DNA from: Chiloscyllium plagiosum
Lineage: Eukaryota
Reading direction: 5' to 3'
NCBI RefSeq assembly: GCF_004010195.1
Contig: NC_057749.1
Coordinates: 7,877,901 to 7,941,900 of the forward strand
Length of the DNA: 64,000 nucleotides
Shown here: positions 35,323-48,175 of the stretch, piece after piece
How positions within the stretch are numbered: the first letter of the stretch is position 1
How the letters are laid out: each line of letters starts with the position of its first letter
Notes under the pieces: model-generated
The model's input: the letters and a program-made list of their open reading frames with translations, nothing else
Databases searched by the model: none
Told to the model about the DNA's origin: nothing
Translations under genes and position numbers: made by a program

Positions 35323-35517
35323 TACGATTTGGAGATGGACTGGGGTGTACAAAGTTAAAAATCACGCAACACCAGGCTGTAGTCCAACAGGTTTAATTGG
35401 AAGCACTAGCTTTTGGAGTGTTGCTCCCGAACCACCTGATGAAGGAGCAGCGCTCCGAAAACTGGTGCTTCCAATTAAACCAGTTGGACGATAACCTGGT
35501 GTTGCGTGATTTTTAAC
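35323..35517. mobile_element. Palindromic HHR-bearing insertion (family D) in a Deu-type SINE tail
   Basis: Arms 35354-35427 and 35444-35517 are near-perfect inverted repeats; TSD att(g/a)aaaatg at 35313-35322 and 35518-35527. Confidence 0.8.
35432..35467 (+). ncRNA. Minimal hammerhead ribozyme motif, AGCU helix-III type (slightly mutated)
   Basis: cac CTGATGA a ggagc-agc-gctcc GAAA act g gtg; the opposite arm preserves aaagctagtg, implying consensus GAAAG CU A gug. Confidence 0.62.
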
Positions 35518-36469
35518 ATTAAAAATGCAAGTTTCTTTTAGTTTCCTTTTTTTTGGATTTATGTAAGATTGCGGGTTCAAGTATTTCTTTTTCAGTAAAT
35601 ATTATAAATTGAGGTTTTAAAACATGGTACATTGTTGGAAGTGATACCCTTCAGCTGACATCTTGGTATGAGATTATGCTTGAGGGTGCTGATGTTTAAA
35701 TAGGTGTTAAAATGCCCAAGGTGTTATCTCAAATTAGGGAGAGCTCTCCATCTCTGAGTTAACAATCTGTCACCCTACATTGTCTAAGACAGATTAATTG
35801 GCCATTTATCCAATTGCTGTTTGCGGGTCTTGATTCTGTACTGCTCATTAACAATTTGTCCACCTGTTTAAGATCTGTCGCAGTTATGTGGGAAGAAAAC
35901 AGAGTTAGCTGTTCTAGTCTGGTGACCTCTCTTCCAAATGCTAAGTTGAAACGTGAACTCTGTTTCTCTCCCTCCACAGATGCTGCCAGACTTGCTGATT
36001 TTCTCCAGTAACCTCTGTTTTTGTGTATTTCCAATCTCCAGCATCTACAGTCCTTTGTATAATTTTAAGGAAATAAATGGTTGCCTGCCAGGTTCCCACA
36101 TTCTCGAAATGTTGACTCCCCTGCTTCTCAGATGCTATCTGACCAGCTGTGCTTTTCCAGCACCTCACTTTTAGACACTGATCTCCCGCAACTGCAGTCT
36201 TCGCTCTTTCCTCGTTTCCCACAAGTTCCTAATGCTGGGCACAAGGACATGGCTGTATTCACACTGTTATAACAGCAAGATCCTGTACCAAAGTAATGGT
36301 TCTACCAAATGTAGCTGGAGAAATGGAACACAGCATAACAAGTTTAATGAGCTGGGGGAAGAATGCATCAGTCGAATATTTTGTCCATATGGAATATACA
36401 TTTGCAAAGCAAGTATGGAGAAAGACAAAATGGTTTTTTTGTCAAGGTCCATCCCAAGCAGTTCCATGA

Positions 36470-36890
36470 CATAGAACTCTGTGCTCTGCGGTCTGCTCCC
36501 CTGCACACAGACACATAGATAGACACCAGCTGCACTTAGACGACCTTCAACTCTGGGAAAAACGCTCTTTGCTCTGCCAGGAATTGTTCATCTTCCAGAG
36601 CAAGGAGTTGACCTCGACAGAGTGTTGCAGGCTGGCATAATCCAAAGTCCAGGACTACACGTCAAGGGATGCTCTAAAGTTTGGGGCAGCTGCTGCCAAG
36701 GCGCAGTGAAGAAAGACCACTGTCTGAGGTCTTTCAGCCAAAGTTAAATGGGGGTCCATTCAGTTATCGGACCCTGTCCACACCTCTAATAGATGTAGAT
36801 ATAGTCTTGCACAAGTGAGAGATGTCTTGGATTTGTTTCTTGGATAGAGTCAATCTCTATTGTTCAGTGCTTTGAGCACACTGGGCCACA
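36470..36890 (+). mobile_element. Tx1-clade LINE ORF2 C-terminus and 3'UTR
   Basis: Translates approx. SVLCGLLPCTQT...TFNSGKNALCSARNCSSSRA / KELTSTECCRLA*SKVQDYTSRDALKFGAAAAKAQ*RKTTV*. Confidence 0.65.
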
Positions 36891-36929
36891 CAATAAGATT
36901 ACTGTCAAACTGATTGTTGTCTCAACTCC

Positions 36930-39060
36930 ACAGTCTTATCTGCACTGACCACCCTCCTCCCCATATCTCTTGCCTTCCTTACCTATCAAAAATCTAACTC
37001 CACCTTGAATCAATTCAATGTCCCAACATCCACTTTTTTCTGAGCAAGTGAATTCCACTGACAAACAATCCCCTGATGCAAAACATTCGCCTCACCTCAG
37101 TCTTAAAAGGACGACTCTTACCTTCAAATTATGCCTCCAAGTGGAAAGTCTCTCTCAAAGAAAAGATACTTTTCCAATATCCACCCTGTCATGCCCCCTC
37201 ATGATCTCTTATGTTTCAATAAAATTGTGTCTCATGCTTATAAATTCCAATAGATACAGGCCCAACCCATTCAATGTTTCCTCTTTCATAAGGTGAAGTG
37301 AGTACTGCAGATGCTGGAGATTAGAGTCAAGGGTGTGGTGCTGGAAAGGCTTTTACCTGAAATGTCGATTTTCCTGCTCCTTGGATGCTGCCTGACCTGC
37401 CATGCTTTTACAGCACCACACTCTCGACTCCTTTCTTCATTAGTAAGTCCTTTATCCCCTGAAGGAATCAAGTGAACCTTCATTCAATTGCTTATCACGC
37501 AATTATACTTTCTCTCAATAATGAGTTCCAGACTGTACACTATACTCCAGATGTGGTGTCACCCAAGACCCTGTCCATCTTTTCTTGATCAATTTTCTTG
37601 CAATAAATCCAACATTTCCATTTTCCTTCCTAATTCTTTGCTGTATTTGCTAACTTTTTGTCTTTCATATACCCAGGATACCTTGGTCTATTTAAATAGT
37701 ATACTGATTTTCTAATCTTCCAGTTAAAGTGGACAAATCCACAGTTTACTCCATTATACTTCACCTGCCTAATAGTTGCCCATTTATCTAATCTATTTGT
37801 CCCCTTTTATAGACTCTGACTTGCAATTTATTTCCTACCAAAATTGGTGTCATTGGCAATTTAGCAATGATACATTCAATCCCTTCACCCAGTTCATTGA
37901 TAATGAATGTAAATAGTTGAAGGCACAACTACGGCACTCCACTCTTGCCAAACTAGAAAAGATCAATTTCTATCTAGTCTCTGCTTCCTGCAGTTAAAAA
38001 GTCCTTTCTCTATGCAAATATGCTGTACCTAAACCTATTTTATAGAGTAACTTTTGATGTGGCACCTCACCAAAAGTTTTTTTTAGAAATCCAAGTACAT
38101 CACATCTGTAGTATTGGGGATAGTGAGGACTGCAGATCCTGGAGAGTCAGAATAGATAACGTGTGGCGCTGGAAACGCACAGCAGGTCAGGTGGCATCTG
38201 GGGAACAGGAGAGTCGACATTTCAGGCATAATCGTTCATGCAGTTCTGATGAAGGGTCCTGGCTGAAACATTGAATCTCCTGCCCTCAGATGCTTCCTGA
38301 CCTGCTGTGCTTTTTCCAGCACCACACTCTGTCTACTCTCACGTTTGTAGGTTCCCCTATAACCACCTTGTTTGTTACTTCCTCAAAGAACTTTAATAAA
38401 TTATTTAAACACACTGTTCCTATCTCAAACTCGTGCTGTCTCTGCCTAATTCCATTATTTTTGAATCAGTTTGTCCTGTTCTTAACATAAGTCCAATCTC
38501 CGATTTATCACTGCTATTTGCAGGTTTGCACAGTGTTCCTTTCAATTTTATATTATCCTTAACTTATTTATTTAGCCAAGATGATGCATCCTTCTCAAAG
38601 AGTGTTTCCTTTTGATTGGGATCAAATCTTTCCTGTGAGTTATTTAACATGTCCTTAACTGTCCGCTACTTCATCTCTGATGTCCTACCTTTTAGCTGAT
38701 TTTCCCAGTTCCCTTTAGCCAACTCTGCTTTCATTTCTCCATAACAATCTTAATTTAGATTTAAAATTCTAGTTTTAGACCCACACTTTTCACATTCAAA
38801 ATGAACATGAAATTCTAACATGCTATGGTCGCTGTCACCTACAAAGTGATTGATTGATCCTGTCTCATTGTACATTACGAAGTCTGGAAGACTACTCTCT
38901 GGTTGTGGTCAGAACGTACTGCTCTGACAATTTGTCCTGGATACATACAACAAATTCATTTTCCAGGTTGCCCTTGCTCATTTATGTACAAATTAAAGTC
39001 ACCCGTGACTACTGAAGTACATTTTATATATGCTCCAATTCTTTCTTCCTGTGTACTTTG
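36930..39060 (-). mobile_element. Old, highly decayed CR1 LINE containing PLE fold-backs at ~37292-37430 and ~38115-38340
   Basis: ccaaaattggtgtcattggcaa (FANDTNFG, RT motif), atgcccctcatgatctct, ctatactccagatgtggt. Confidence 0.65.
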
Positions 39061-39106
39061 CTCAAATGTAACAATTATTTGGAAGGTAAAAACTACTTCT
39101 ATAAGT

Positions 39107-39707
39107 TGTTATGGACCAGACCAAACTCGCTTCAAATATATCAAGGAAATAGCCTAGACTCTAATTTTTATCTTATTTAAAGGCAAGTGTAGGGTGCTAT
39201 GTTCCAGATTTAATTCAATTGATTACACTACCCAGCTATAGGTACTTTATTCTGACCCTATAGTTAAAATGCAAACAAAAGAAAGAATGTACAACTTTAA
39301 CATTATCAGAAAACTTAACAGAATAGTAGTTTATTTAACTACTAAACAGCAACTGTTCCAATATAATAACATCCAAAACCACACTCTTGGCAAAAGCAAA
39401 GTGAATAAAACAAATGGTCTCACATGTGATTCTGGCAGAGACAGACAGCTGAAGCTTTTTAGCTGTAACAAGAGATACAGCTTCCACAGCCAACTTCCAA
39501 CCCTAGCAACTGCTGAAAGCTAAACTAATATGTTGGTTCTTGGGAGCCTGACTCCACCCATTCAGGCTGCTTCTATTATTCCAACTTAAAAAGTCCCCAA
39601 GCTGTTTACTTTATTTGCTTGGAACAGACCACTCACACCTTTGTTTCAGCCTGTCTTCAAAGATAAAAAGGACAAAATGCAACTCTTAAAGCCATAGTAT
39701 CATCACA
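39107..39707. mobile_element. Solo LTR (601 bp, Gypsy-like 4-bp TSD)
   Basis: tgttatgg...catcaca with imperfect terminal IR; TSD aagt at 39103-39106 and 39708-39711. Confidence 0.8.
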
Positions 39708-40494
39708 AAGTGACCTTGCACTTTTCTGTTTCTGATCTCTACCAAAACTGATGCTACAGCTTGCTATCTTGAGCTAAAAACAAGTTAAGGCTCAAAATGT
39801 TGCCAGATGCCTTCTTCTCGTAGACATAGTGTAAGGTTAGCTGCAAGATATACCTGCAAAATAACTCAGTACTTGTTTCAGGGTTATTTTTAATGATACT
39901 TATTACCCTAAGGGCAGGTATTGTTATTAAAAATCCTTCAATAAATAGGCAGCTTAAAAATATGAAAAGAAGCACACCACTATCTTTTAAAAAATACCTT
40001 TGTCTTCAGGGAGATTTTGCAATTATTTGAGCACTTAAGATGTTTTCAAATTGCTTTGTGTTCCCAGCGATAACTGTTATTATACCTTGACTTATTGAAT
40101 GGCTGGTTGCCAGAATTGTGCAGACAGTTCTGTGATTCTTTTTTTCTTGGCTCATGGGTCGAACATCTCATATCAAGCTCCCCCTTATCACACCCCAACC
40201 ACAAAACAATAAAAGAATTTCCATCAGGGATCCCCCACCTTTCAGTTTCTCAATCCTACACTTTTTTTTTTCCCCAGCATTGATAGAAGAGACATGGGAA
40301 AACCAGGAAAAAGAAATTACCTTGTTTGACAGCATTGCAATTTCACATTGTCTCCAAACCGCTCCCATTCCAGTTAGGGTGGGATGGGAGGACATCCCAA
40401 CTCAATTTATATAAAGGACAAAAGATTCAATAGGTTGAGGTGGAGATTATTTTATTTGAAAAGTCAGCTTCCATTGTAAAGTATTCTTTAAAAT

Positions 40495-42510
40495 AGAGTC
40501 ATAGAGTTGTACAGACTGGAAACAGGCGTTTCGGTCCAACTCATGCAAAATGTCCATATTACAGAGGAGGCAGTGGTGGATGTCTTGAAATGGATGAAGG
40601 TGGATAAATCCCCAAGACCTGATCAGGTGTACCCTAGAATTCTGTGGGAAGCTAGAGAAGTGATTGCTGGGCCTCTTGCTGAGATATTTGTATCATCGAT
40701 AGTCACAGGTGAGATGCCGGAAGACTGGAGGTCGGCTAATGAGGTGCCACTGTTTAAGAAGGGTGGTTACGACAAGTCAGGAAACTATAGGCCAGTGAGC
40801 CTGATGTCAGTAGTGGGCAAGTTGTTGGAGAGAATCCTAACGGACAGGATGTACATGTATTTGGAAAGGCAAGGACTGATTAGGGATAGTCAACATGGCT
40901 TTGTGCTTGGGAAATCATGTCTCACAAACTTGATTGAGTTTTTTGAAGAAGTAACAAAGAGGATTGATGAGGGCAGAGCAGTAGATGTGATCTATATGGA
41001 CTTCAGTAAGGCATTCGACAAGGCTCCCCATGGGAGACTGGTTAGCAAGGTTAGATCTCACGGAATACATGGAGAACTAGCCATTTGGATACAGAACTAG
41101 CTCAAAGATAGAAGAGAGAGGGTGGTAGTAGAGGGTTGTTTTTCAGACTGGAGGCCTGTGACCAGTGGAGTGCCGCAAGGATCGGTGCTGGGTCCTTTAC
41201 TTTTTGTCATTTACGTAAGTGATTTGGATGGGAGCATAAGAGGTACAGTTAGTAAGTTTGCAGATGACACCAAAATTGGAGGTGTAGTGGACAGCGAAGA
41301 AGGTTACCTCAGATTACAACAGGATCTTGACCAGATGGGCCAATGGGCCGAGAAGTGGCAGATAGCATTTAATTCAAATAAATGCGAGGTGTTGCATTTT
41401 GGGAAAGCAAATCTTAACAGGACTAATACACTTAATGGTAAGATCCTAGGGAGTGTTGCTGAACAAAGAGACCTTGGAGTGCAGGTTCATAGCTCCTTGA
41501 AAGTGGAGTCGCAGGTAGATAGGATAGTGAAGAAGGCGTTTGGTATGCTTTCCTTTATTGGTCAGAGTATTGAGTACAGGAGTTGGGAGGTCATGTTGCG
41601 GCTGTACAGAACATTAGTTAGGCCACTGTTGGAATATTGCATGTAATTCTGGTCTCCTTCCTATCGGAAAGATGTTGTGAAATTTGAAAGGGTTCAGAAA
41701 AGATTTACAAGGATCTTACCAGGGTTGGAGGATTTGAGCTATAGGGAGAGGCTGAACAGGCTAGGGCTGTTTTCCCTGCACCGTTGGAGGTTGAGGGGTG
41801 ACTTTATAGAGGTTTACCAAATCATGAGGGGCATGGATAGGATAATTAGACAAAGTCTTTTTCCCAGGATTGGGGAGTCCAGAACTAGAGGGCATAGGTT
41901 TAGGGTGAGAGGGGAAAGATAGAAAAGAGATCTAAGGGACAACGTTTTCACACAGCAGGTGGTACATGTATGGAATGAGTTGCCAGAGGAAGTGGTGGAG
42001 GCTGGTACAATTGCAACATTTAAAAGGCATTTGGATGGGAATATGAATAGGAAGGGTTTGGACGGATGTGGGCTGGGTGATGGCAGATGGGACTAGATTG
42101 GGTTGGGATATCTGGTCGGCATGGACAGGTTGGACCGAATGGTCTGTTTTCAGGCTGTACATCTCTATGACTCTATCCATGCTGACCAGATAACTTAAAG
42201 TAATCTAGTCCCATTTTCCAGCATTTTGCCCTTATCCCTCTAAAGATTTCCTATTCATAAACCCATCCAGATGCCTTTTAAATATTGTATGTCTCCCAGC
42301 CTCAACCACTTCTTCTGGGCTCATTCCATACACACACCACCCTCTGCATGAAAAAGTTGCCTTTTAGGTCCCTTTTAAATCATTCTCATTGCACCTTAAA
42401 CCTAAACTAAATTTTGGACTCACCCACCTCAGGGAAAAGACCTTGGCTATTTGCCCTATCCATACCCCTCAAAATTTTATAAACCACTGTAAGGTCACCC
42501 CTCAGCCTCC
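40495..42510 (-). mobile_element. CR1 3' fragment split by the plus-strand CR1 insertion
   Basis: 40495-40545 (agagtcatagag...ggtccaactc) continues at ~42176 (tccatgctgaccagat...). Confidence 0.8.
40545..42175 (+). pseudogene. CR1 (HER1-like) LINE ORF2 reverse-transcriptase region, 5'-truncated, with in-frame stops
   Basis: One frame carries YRPVSL, QHGF, DFSKAFD, GVPQGSVLGP and KFADD; stops at 41098, 41644 and 41920; CR1 3' tail follows. Confidence 0.96.
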
Positions 42511-43414
42511 AACAAGATAGAATTGTTCATCTTAATTTCTATTGGAATTACAATTGTAATAAATGGAATGCTGCAAAGTTTTTGATTCTAAAGCCTTCTG
42601 ATCAAAGGCTGCAATCAGGTTAGTTGAACTATCTAAAGCCTGGGTTTATTTTGAAATAATTAAACTTTGTCAATTCATCAATTAAATGTATCTCACATGG
42701 GAACATTTGTGTCAAAAGGGATTTTGTCCACCAGTTTCTTCCAGTGATCCCTCCAAGAAAAGCATTTTTTACTGATGAGACACATCCTCATCTGGAGGCT
42801 TTCCAGTAATCAAAGGTACATCAATGGCCTGGAGGGTTCATGCTTTGTTCCATACTCTTCGCCGCTTCATTGTTTTCTTATTCATTCTTATTGAATTATC
42901 CCAGCTCATTGCCTGACTTCATAATATTGAGATGTTCAGATGTCTCTGAATGTTACTGTCAGTCATTATACCTCCAGGCTATGCTTGCATTTGCCTTTGA
43001 CTCCATAGCTGCGTTGTTGATATGTGGTGGATGTAATATACAAGAGGCATGGGCAACATTTTGCATTTTGGGTTGAATGGGAGTCTTGACCGTCTTTTCC
43101 CTTTCCTCAGCCACACCAGATCAGTGACAGTCACTGGGCAGTGATCTACAATCAACTAGTGAGCAGAGAGCACACTCAAGATCCAATTAAGGATGGTGAG
43201 TGGGCTCTCTAGGTTGGAGTACCAATAGGTCATTTTATTAAGGTTTGGACTCACATGCAGGACAGTCAGACCAGGTCAGGACATTTCCTTCAAGAAGGAC
43301 TTTAGTGAATAAGAGTTATTTTTGTAAAGGACAGTTGCCATTACGTGACTAGCTTTCTATCTCACATTTATTACCTGAATTTAGATTACTAGTCCAGTGA
43401 CATTATCACTGTGC

Positions 43415-44050
43415 CAAAGACATACCAGAAATTATTTCCAAACTACTCAGACCTGTTGGCATCATGTTAGCCCACAAACTGATCAACATACTTAAACAGC
43501 GACTAATGAACCTAAAGGATTCATTAGATATTACCAGCAAAACTAACGTCATTTACAAAATACCATACAAGAACTGTAAAAATCATCAATACGTCCATCA
43601 AACAAGCAGGAAACTTGCCACCAGGATACATGAACACCAATTAGCCACCAAAAGACAGAACCCATTATTATTAGTTTCCATACATACAGACAAAGAGGAA
43701 CGCCACTTTGACTGGGGCAACACACACATCCTAGGACAGGTGAAATAAAGAAACTCATAAGAATTCTTAGAGGCATGGCATTCTAACCAGAACTACATTA
43801 ATAAATACGCTGACTGAGATCCCATCTACCTTCCCTTGAAAAAAAACTGGAAATGACATCACTCACCTTAAGGAACCAAGACCTATGATACAGAGGTGGG
43901 ACATACCACCAGGGCTTCACCGGAGACTCTCACTGATGATGTAACCTAGGCATGGTGACGAAACATCTGAAAACAAGCCTTCCAGCTCAGCAAGCTAACT
44001 TACATACTTATCATCAACCTGAGCTACAAGTCTTCTCAAAAATTGCTAAC
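43415..44050 (+). mobile_element. Penelope-like element 3' part: GIY-YIG endonuclease remnant plus HHR
   Basis: NVIYKIPYKNCKNHQYVHQTSRKLATRIHEHQLA...HFDWGNTHILG...EFLEAWHSN. Confidence 0.9.
43930..43970 (+). ncRNA. Minimal hammerhead ribozyme motif
   Basis: tca CTGATGA t gtaacc-taggcat-ggtgac GAAAC aT C tga; one probable CpG-decay change in helix III. Confidence 0.68.
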
Positions 44051-45462
44051 TATGCCTGTATCTGACCTGTAGGTAATAGACACTAGAACATGGAGACCTA
44101 CATTGGAAGAGTGGAGGGTACAAAAGGAGACAGACAGAGGAGACCACAGAGGTATAGGAAGTGTGAGATGGGTGGGAAGGTCCTGCATGGAATTAAACTT
44201 GCATTTGTAGTCGTAGTCATGCATTTTCAGCTGAACAACCTGGTGTAAAGCAAGTGTAGAGAAATGGCATGTCCTCGGGCAAATAGAAATACCCCCAATG
44301 GATTTCTTAGTAGTTTGCATTTGGAGATTCTTAAGCATTGTGTCTGGATTCCTTATTCTCAGCAAACCCCAGATAAAACAGCTGTAAACTAAGGGATCAA
44401 AAACAGAAATTGCTACCTCGGCTCAGCAGACCTGGCAGTATCTGTGGAGAGAAATCAAAATTAATAGACAAAGGGTTACTCGACCTGAAACGTTATCTCT
44501 GACTTCTCTCCAGAGATGCTGCCAGACCTGCTGAGCCAATCCAGAAATTTCTGTTTCTTGTTTCTGATTTAAAGCAGTTCTTTCAGTTTGTTTTAAGTAA
44601 GCTAAAGGATGTTTGATATCACTTTAAGAGCGATGCTTTGTGAAGAATATGACATGCGAATGAGCTAAGGGCTAGGATGTTATCACATGATTGGAAGCCA
44701 CAGTCACACCCTCAGACTGAGGATGTGTATATGGTTTGCTCCATGCTCCTGGATTAGTTTTAGATGTGAAGGACTTATATACACTTATATAACCTTAGGT
44801 TGCCTCAAATTGCTTTACATCTGTGTATTATTGAAGTGTAGTCTTTGCTGTAATGCAAGTGAAGAGTTAAAGTCTGTTACAGACTAATGTGCGACAGAAG
44901 ATGCTGGAGAAGCTCAGCAGGTTTGGCAGCAACAGTGGAGCGCAAAACATGGTTAATGTTTGAATCCAGTGTGATGCTTCTTTAGAATGCTATTACTTTA
45001 ATTATATTTATACTTATTAATAGAAGGAACATTCTGCTGTTGGGCAGAACTTCAGGTTTTTATAGGAATGCTTCCTTTGTTGCCAGTTTCAGTAACTTGG
45101 CCTTCTGTTGGCCTGCAAATAAAACTTTCAGAGCAGCTGGAGAGGACAGGAGAGGAAAAACAATGCTTCTTGCCTGATGGTGTGTCTTCATCACAGCCTA
45201 TTTTCTTTCCAAAGACAATGAAGTGATTGCTTTCTCTGAACTTGAACACACACTGTTTAAACTAAGTGGCTTCCTGTATCCACCAAAATGATTGTGAGTG
45301 GTATTTCACACCAGAAATCAAAGCACTTGTAAACGATTTCAAAACTGCAAAGGTTTCTTACTGAAACCTCTCCCAATCAGTGATGGCATGTTTTAGTTAT
45401 TCTTCTTTTGACTGTTGTCAAAGCAATAAGCAAAACAGATAGATATTCTATTGAAAGCTTTA

Positions 45463-45775
45463 GGGCGGCAAGGTGGCTCAGTGGTTAGCACTGCTGCCTC
45501 ACAGCACCAGGGACTCAGATTCGATTCCAGCCTCAGGTGACTGTGTGGAGTTTGCACATTCTCCCCGTGTCTGCGTGGGTTTCCTCCGGGTGCACCGGTT
45601 TCCTCCCACAATCCAAAGGTGTGCAGGTCTGGTGAATTGGTCATGCTAAATTACCCATAGTGTTAGATGCATTGGTCAAAGGAAAATGGGTCTTGGTGGG
45701 TTACTCTTCGGAGGGTCGGTGTGGACTTGATGGGCCGACAGGCCTGTTTCCACACTGTAGGGAAACCTAATATAC
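45463..45775 (+). mobile_element. Full-length HE1-type SINE
   Basis: gggcggcaaggtggctcagtggttagcactgctgcctcacagc...ggcctgtttccacactgtaggg. Confidence 0.93.
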
Positions 45776-46263
45776 TCAAAAAAGCTAATCATGTGGAAAG
45801 GGGAGTTTGGTTCACCAGATCTATCTCTGTGCTAGACCCAACCTTCTCCAACTTCAATTCTCTTTGCTTTCCTTTCTTCCTTTTTTTCATAAATTCAATC
45901 TCATTCTCTCTTAAGTGATTTTAAAATCACTGCCTCAGTTGCATTTGTGGGAGGGTGTCTCATTTTCAAATAAACAACATCATATCGGTCTATGTCTAGG
46001 TCACTGGGAATGATGTAGGTGATGATGCTACTCTGACACCAGCAGAGTAAAGAGAAACATGTAATCGAAACTCGGAGAGGAGCTTAAGGAGAGACACTGT
46101 AACAGAGAGCTTTATTCTGTACAATGTCTACCTTTGTGCAAAAAGAAGTTTACCATAAAGCAGAATGAGAGTGCCTTATTCTAGGTTTGGGAGGAGTTAG
46201 AGATGGAAGGGACTCAGAGCAGTATCAGCACAGTAAAAGAGTGTAGACTCTAACAGTGCAATT

Positions 46264-47285
46264 TGTCACGACTTAAGAGTGTGCTACTAATGAGACCCCA
46301 CTGTTCCACAAGCTGTTACAAAATGCATAAAATCCCAAATAAACCTCCAAATGGCCAATTTGCCTGGCTGACTGCTATTCAGGACAAATTCACACCTGGT
46401 TTCATCATTGAAAATAACTCTATTTACTGTAATGCACATAAATTTAACAAATGGCAGAGAAAAGTAAGCATCAGTAAACCACTACCTTGCAACGTAAACC
46501 TGAAAATACCCCTTAAAATACCCCAAGTATACAAGGCTCATTCAGAATTAAGTTAGACAAAATACAAAACGTTTGACATAGATATTATGGATGGACAGAA
46601 AGAAGACAAAATTCCGAAGATCAGAAATCTACATATCAAGCGTGAGTGACATCATTTCTTTAAGTTCCTTTTCATTGTTGAAATGTTGACACATTATTTT
46701 GTGTAAAGTGATAGTTGTTCTCAGTCCATTGTTGATTGATTGGACCTAGGTCTTCCATTATTTGAATTCATGCTTTTACACTCTGTTACTTTTTCAACCT
46801 TTTCATTCACACAGAGGAAGAATACAGACAGATGTTTTCAGTTCATAGGCTCTGAATATCTTTATCTGCCTTTGCACTTACAGATTTTGTTGTGCTGATG
46901 GTTGTTACAGACAGAGAGCTCAAGATTAGAATAGTGCTGGAAAAACACAGGAGGTCAGGCAGCATCCGAGGAGCTGGAAAATCAACCTAACCTCTCTGCA
47001 GTCAGCTATGACTCATCTGAGGGCCACACTCTCTCAGAACTGCATCTCAAATGGACAGAGGGCTGTCATTAAGCAGAATTTATTTAACTCGAAAACGTTT
47101 GGTGCCATTATGTCCCAAAGTGTCCCCCATCACTATTTCAAAGAGCAACATTACCTTGCACAGCTAAAAATGTGCATTACTTGATTTTTCAAAGTTGCAA
47201 AACTCTCCTGATATTCCTACTTCACAACAGTCCAAATACCACTTTTATTTTTAGTTCAAAAAGGGAAATTTTATGGTCCCTCACA
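46264..47285. mobile_element. Possible old solo LTR with a PLE fragment at ~46915-46985
   Basis: tgtcacgac...ccctcaca; flanks aatt/aagt (one mismatch). Confidence 0.35.
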
Positions 47286-47844
47286 AAGTATCATAGCCTG
47301 GAGCACCAAGTAAGTGTAGATTCACGCAGGGAAAAGCCTGTGGGAGAAGCATAATCCACAGACATAGCTGCAGAAGTCAAAAGCATGATTAACACAGACT
47401 TCTCTCAAAGCTTCTCTCCCTGCATTAACAACAATGGTTTCATTCATTTAATGCTTTCACTGTAACAAAGCATACCCATAAGCTTAAAAATATTTGTGAC
47501 ATATTTTGACTTAAAGTCAATTTGGAAACTTGACCAAAACCTTGATCAATAGTCTTTCAAGGGCCTTTTATCAGAGGTGAAAGAGGTTTAAGGGACAGAG
47601 AAGTTTAGAAATTGAATTCCAGATTTGGGATCTATGCAGCTAATGGCAGCACTAGCAGTGATGGTTCAATTGCAGACTCATCAACAAGGCAACAACCCAA
47701 CTCATCTATGTCAACCATGTTTCCTAAACTGAACTAGTCCCATATCCCTCTAAACATTTCCTATCCATGTACCTGTCCAAATGTTTTTTAAATGTTGAAT
47801 TTGTACCCCACCATTATCACTTCCTCTGCTTCACCCTCTGTATC

Positions 47845-48175
47845 ATAGATTCCCTACACTGCGGACACAGGCCATTCTGCCCAACAGGCCCACTGACCCT
47901 CTGAAGAGTATCCCACACAGATCAATTTCCCTACCCTATTATTCCACATTTCCCCTGACTAACACATCTAGCCTGCACACTATGGGCAATTTAGCATGGC
48001 CAATTCACCTAACCTGCACACCTTTGGACTGTGAGAGGAAACTGGAGCACCCAGAAGAAACCCACGCAGACTCAGGGAGAAAGTACAAGCTCCACCCAGT
48101 CAGACATCCGAGGCAGGAATTGAACCCGAGTCCCTGGCGCTGTGAGGTAACAGTGCTAACCACTGGGCCACCCTG
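47845..48175 (-). mobile_element. HE1-type SINE inserted in a minus-strand CR1 tail (47690-48345)
   Basis: SINE body matches other copies; CR1 sequence continues on both sides. Confidence 0.88.

Noticed and set aside
40507..41922. Reverse-transcriptase ORFs as a functional or domesticated gene
   Set aside because: 5'-truncated CR1 copy with three in-frame stops
45463..45535. tRNA genes at SINE heads (also ~21430-21501, 22775-22844, 54770-54841, 61803-61865)
   Set aside because: Each continues into SINE body or tail; these are tRNA-derived heads, not tRNA genes
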